Shown here: positions 63,467-64,000 of the stretch, piece after piece
How the letters are laid out: each line of letters starts with the position of its first letter
How positions within the stretch are numbered: position 1 is the stretch's first letter
From: Botryllus schlosseri
Lineage: Eukaryota
Assembly (NCBI GenBank): GCA_051294905.1
Contig: CM119372.1
Coordinates: 27,096,001 to 27,160,000, forward strand
DNA length: 64,000 nt
Direction of reading: 5' to 3'
The notes under the pieces: model-generated
Database searches by the model: none
The model's input: only the letters and a program-made list of their open reading frames with translations
What the model was told of the DNA's origin: nothing
Position numbers and translations under genes: made by a program

Positions 63467-64000
63467 TAGGGCGGAGATCATAAAGTTAGCTGATCTGGAA
63501 GAATGCTAATCGTCTGATTAAAACTGCTAATCGTACCGCATGAAGTTGGATGAAGGATACTCGCGATTACTCGAGGTGTCCCGTGTTTTCAATCAAAATT
63601 CATTGGTGTTATTTGTTGCATCATTATTGCGAGAACGCATTATTGGCTGTCTATTGCCAATTTTTTGAATGAAACGGCAAGCCGCTGATAAATATACTAC
63701 GACTATCACAGGTAGAATTATCATCGTCATGAAATTAAAGTCATGCGTGATCAGGAGGGTACAGCGAAGAAACGGATCATAGAATATTGGTAAATGTATC
63801 GCTCTGCAATGGTGCGTTCATAATTCGTTGATTGTGTGATTGTTTATTGAAGCCATTACCTCGGACACAATCTTCATTGTCATTATCGCAGTGTTGAAGG
63901 TTTGAATGAGAAACGATTTCATAATAATTTTGTAACATTTTTTAAAATGTTGCGCTCATAAATTTGTGATTTTGTTCGAAAATATGATGCAACTTGGACA
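63467..64000. mobile_element. Copy of the element nested at 21087-21695 (runs towards the window end)
   Basis: TAGGGCGGAGATCATAAAGTTAGCTGATC... is reverse-complement homologous to ~21290-21695. Confidence 0.7.

Overview
Eukaryotic (metazoan) genomic DNA, AT-rich, with GT-AG introns. Gene and repeat style suggest an invertebrate chordate such as an ascidian, but the species cannot be established from the window. Three spliced genes were reconstructed exon by exon: fzr1/Cdh1 (APC/C activator, minus strand, 10 coding exons, 17750->5354, 521 aa), cfap144/FAM183 (plus, 4 coding exons, 30505-33660, 136 aa) and a ccdc24-like gene (plus, 5-6 coding exons, 45760-54594). Introns and intergenic DNA are saturated with non-autonomous DNA transposons (mostly hAT-type with 8-bp TSDs, often nested), foldback MITEs, tRNA-derived SINEs and one decayed L2/CR1-type LINE. 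Three observations stand out. (1) Recurrent TA-flanked micro-insertions (TA-GGC-TA, TA-GCC-TA, TA-GGCC-TA) are demonstrable between paralogous repeat copies and look like transposon excision footprints. (2) A near-perfect ~0.9 kb inverted pair of young MITEs lies just downstream of fzr1. (3) A foldback element carries a PHD-finger remnant and telomere-like G/C-rich repeats. No prokaryote-type system (CRISPR, operon) is present, and none of these can be called a confirmed new system from sequence alone.
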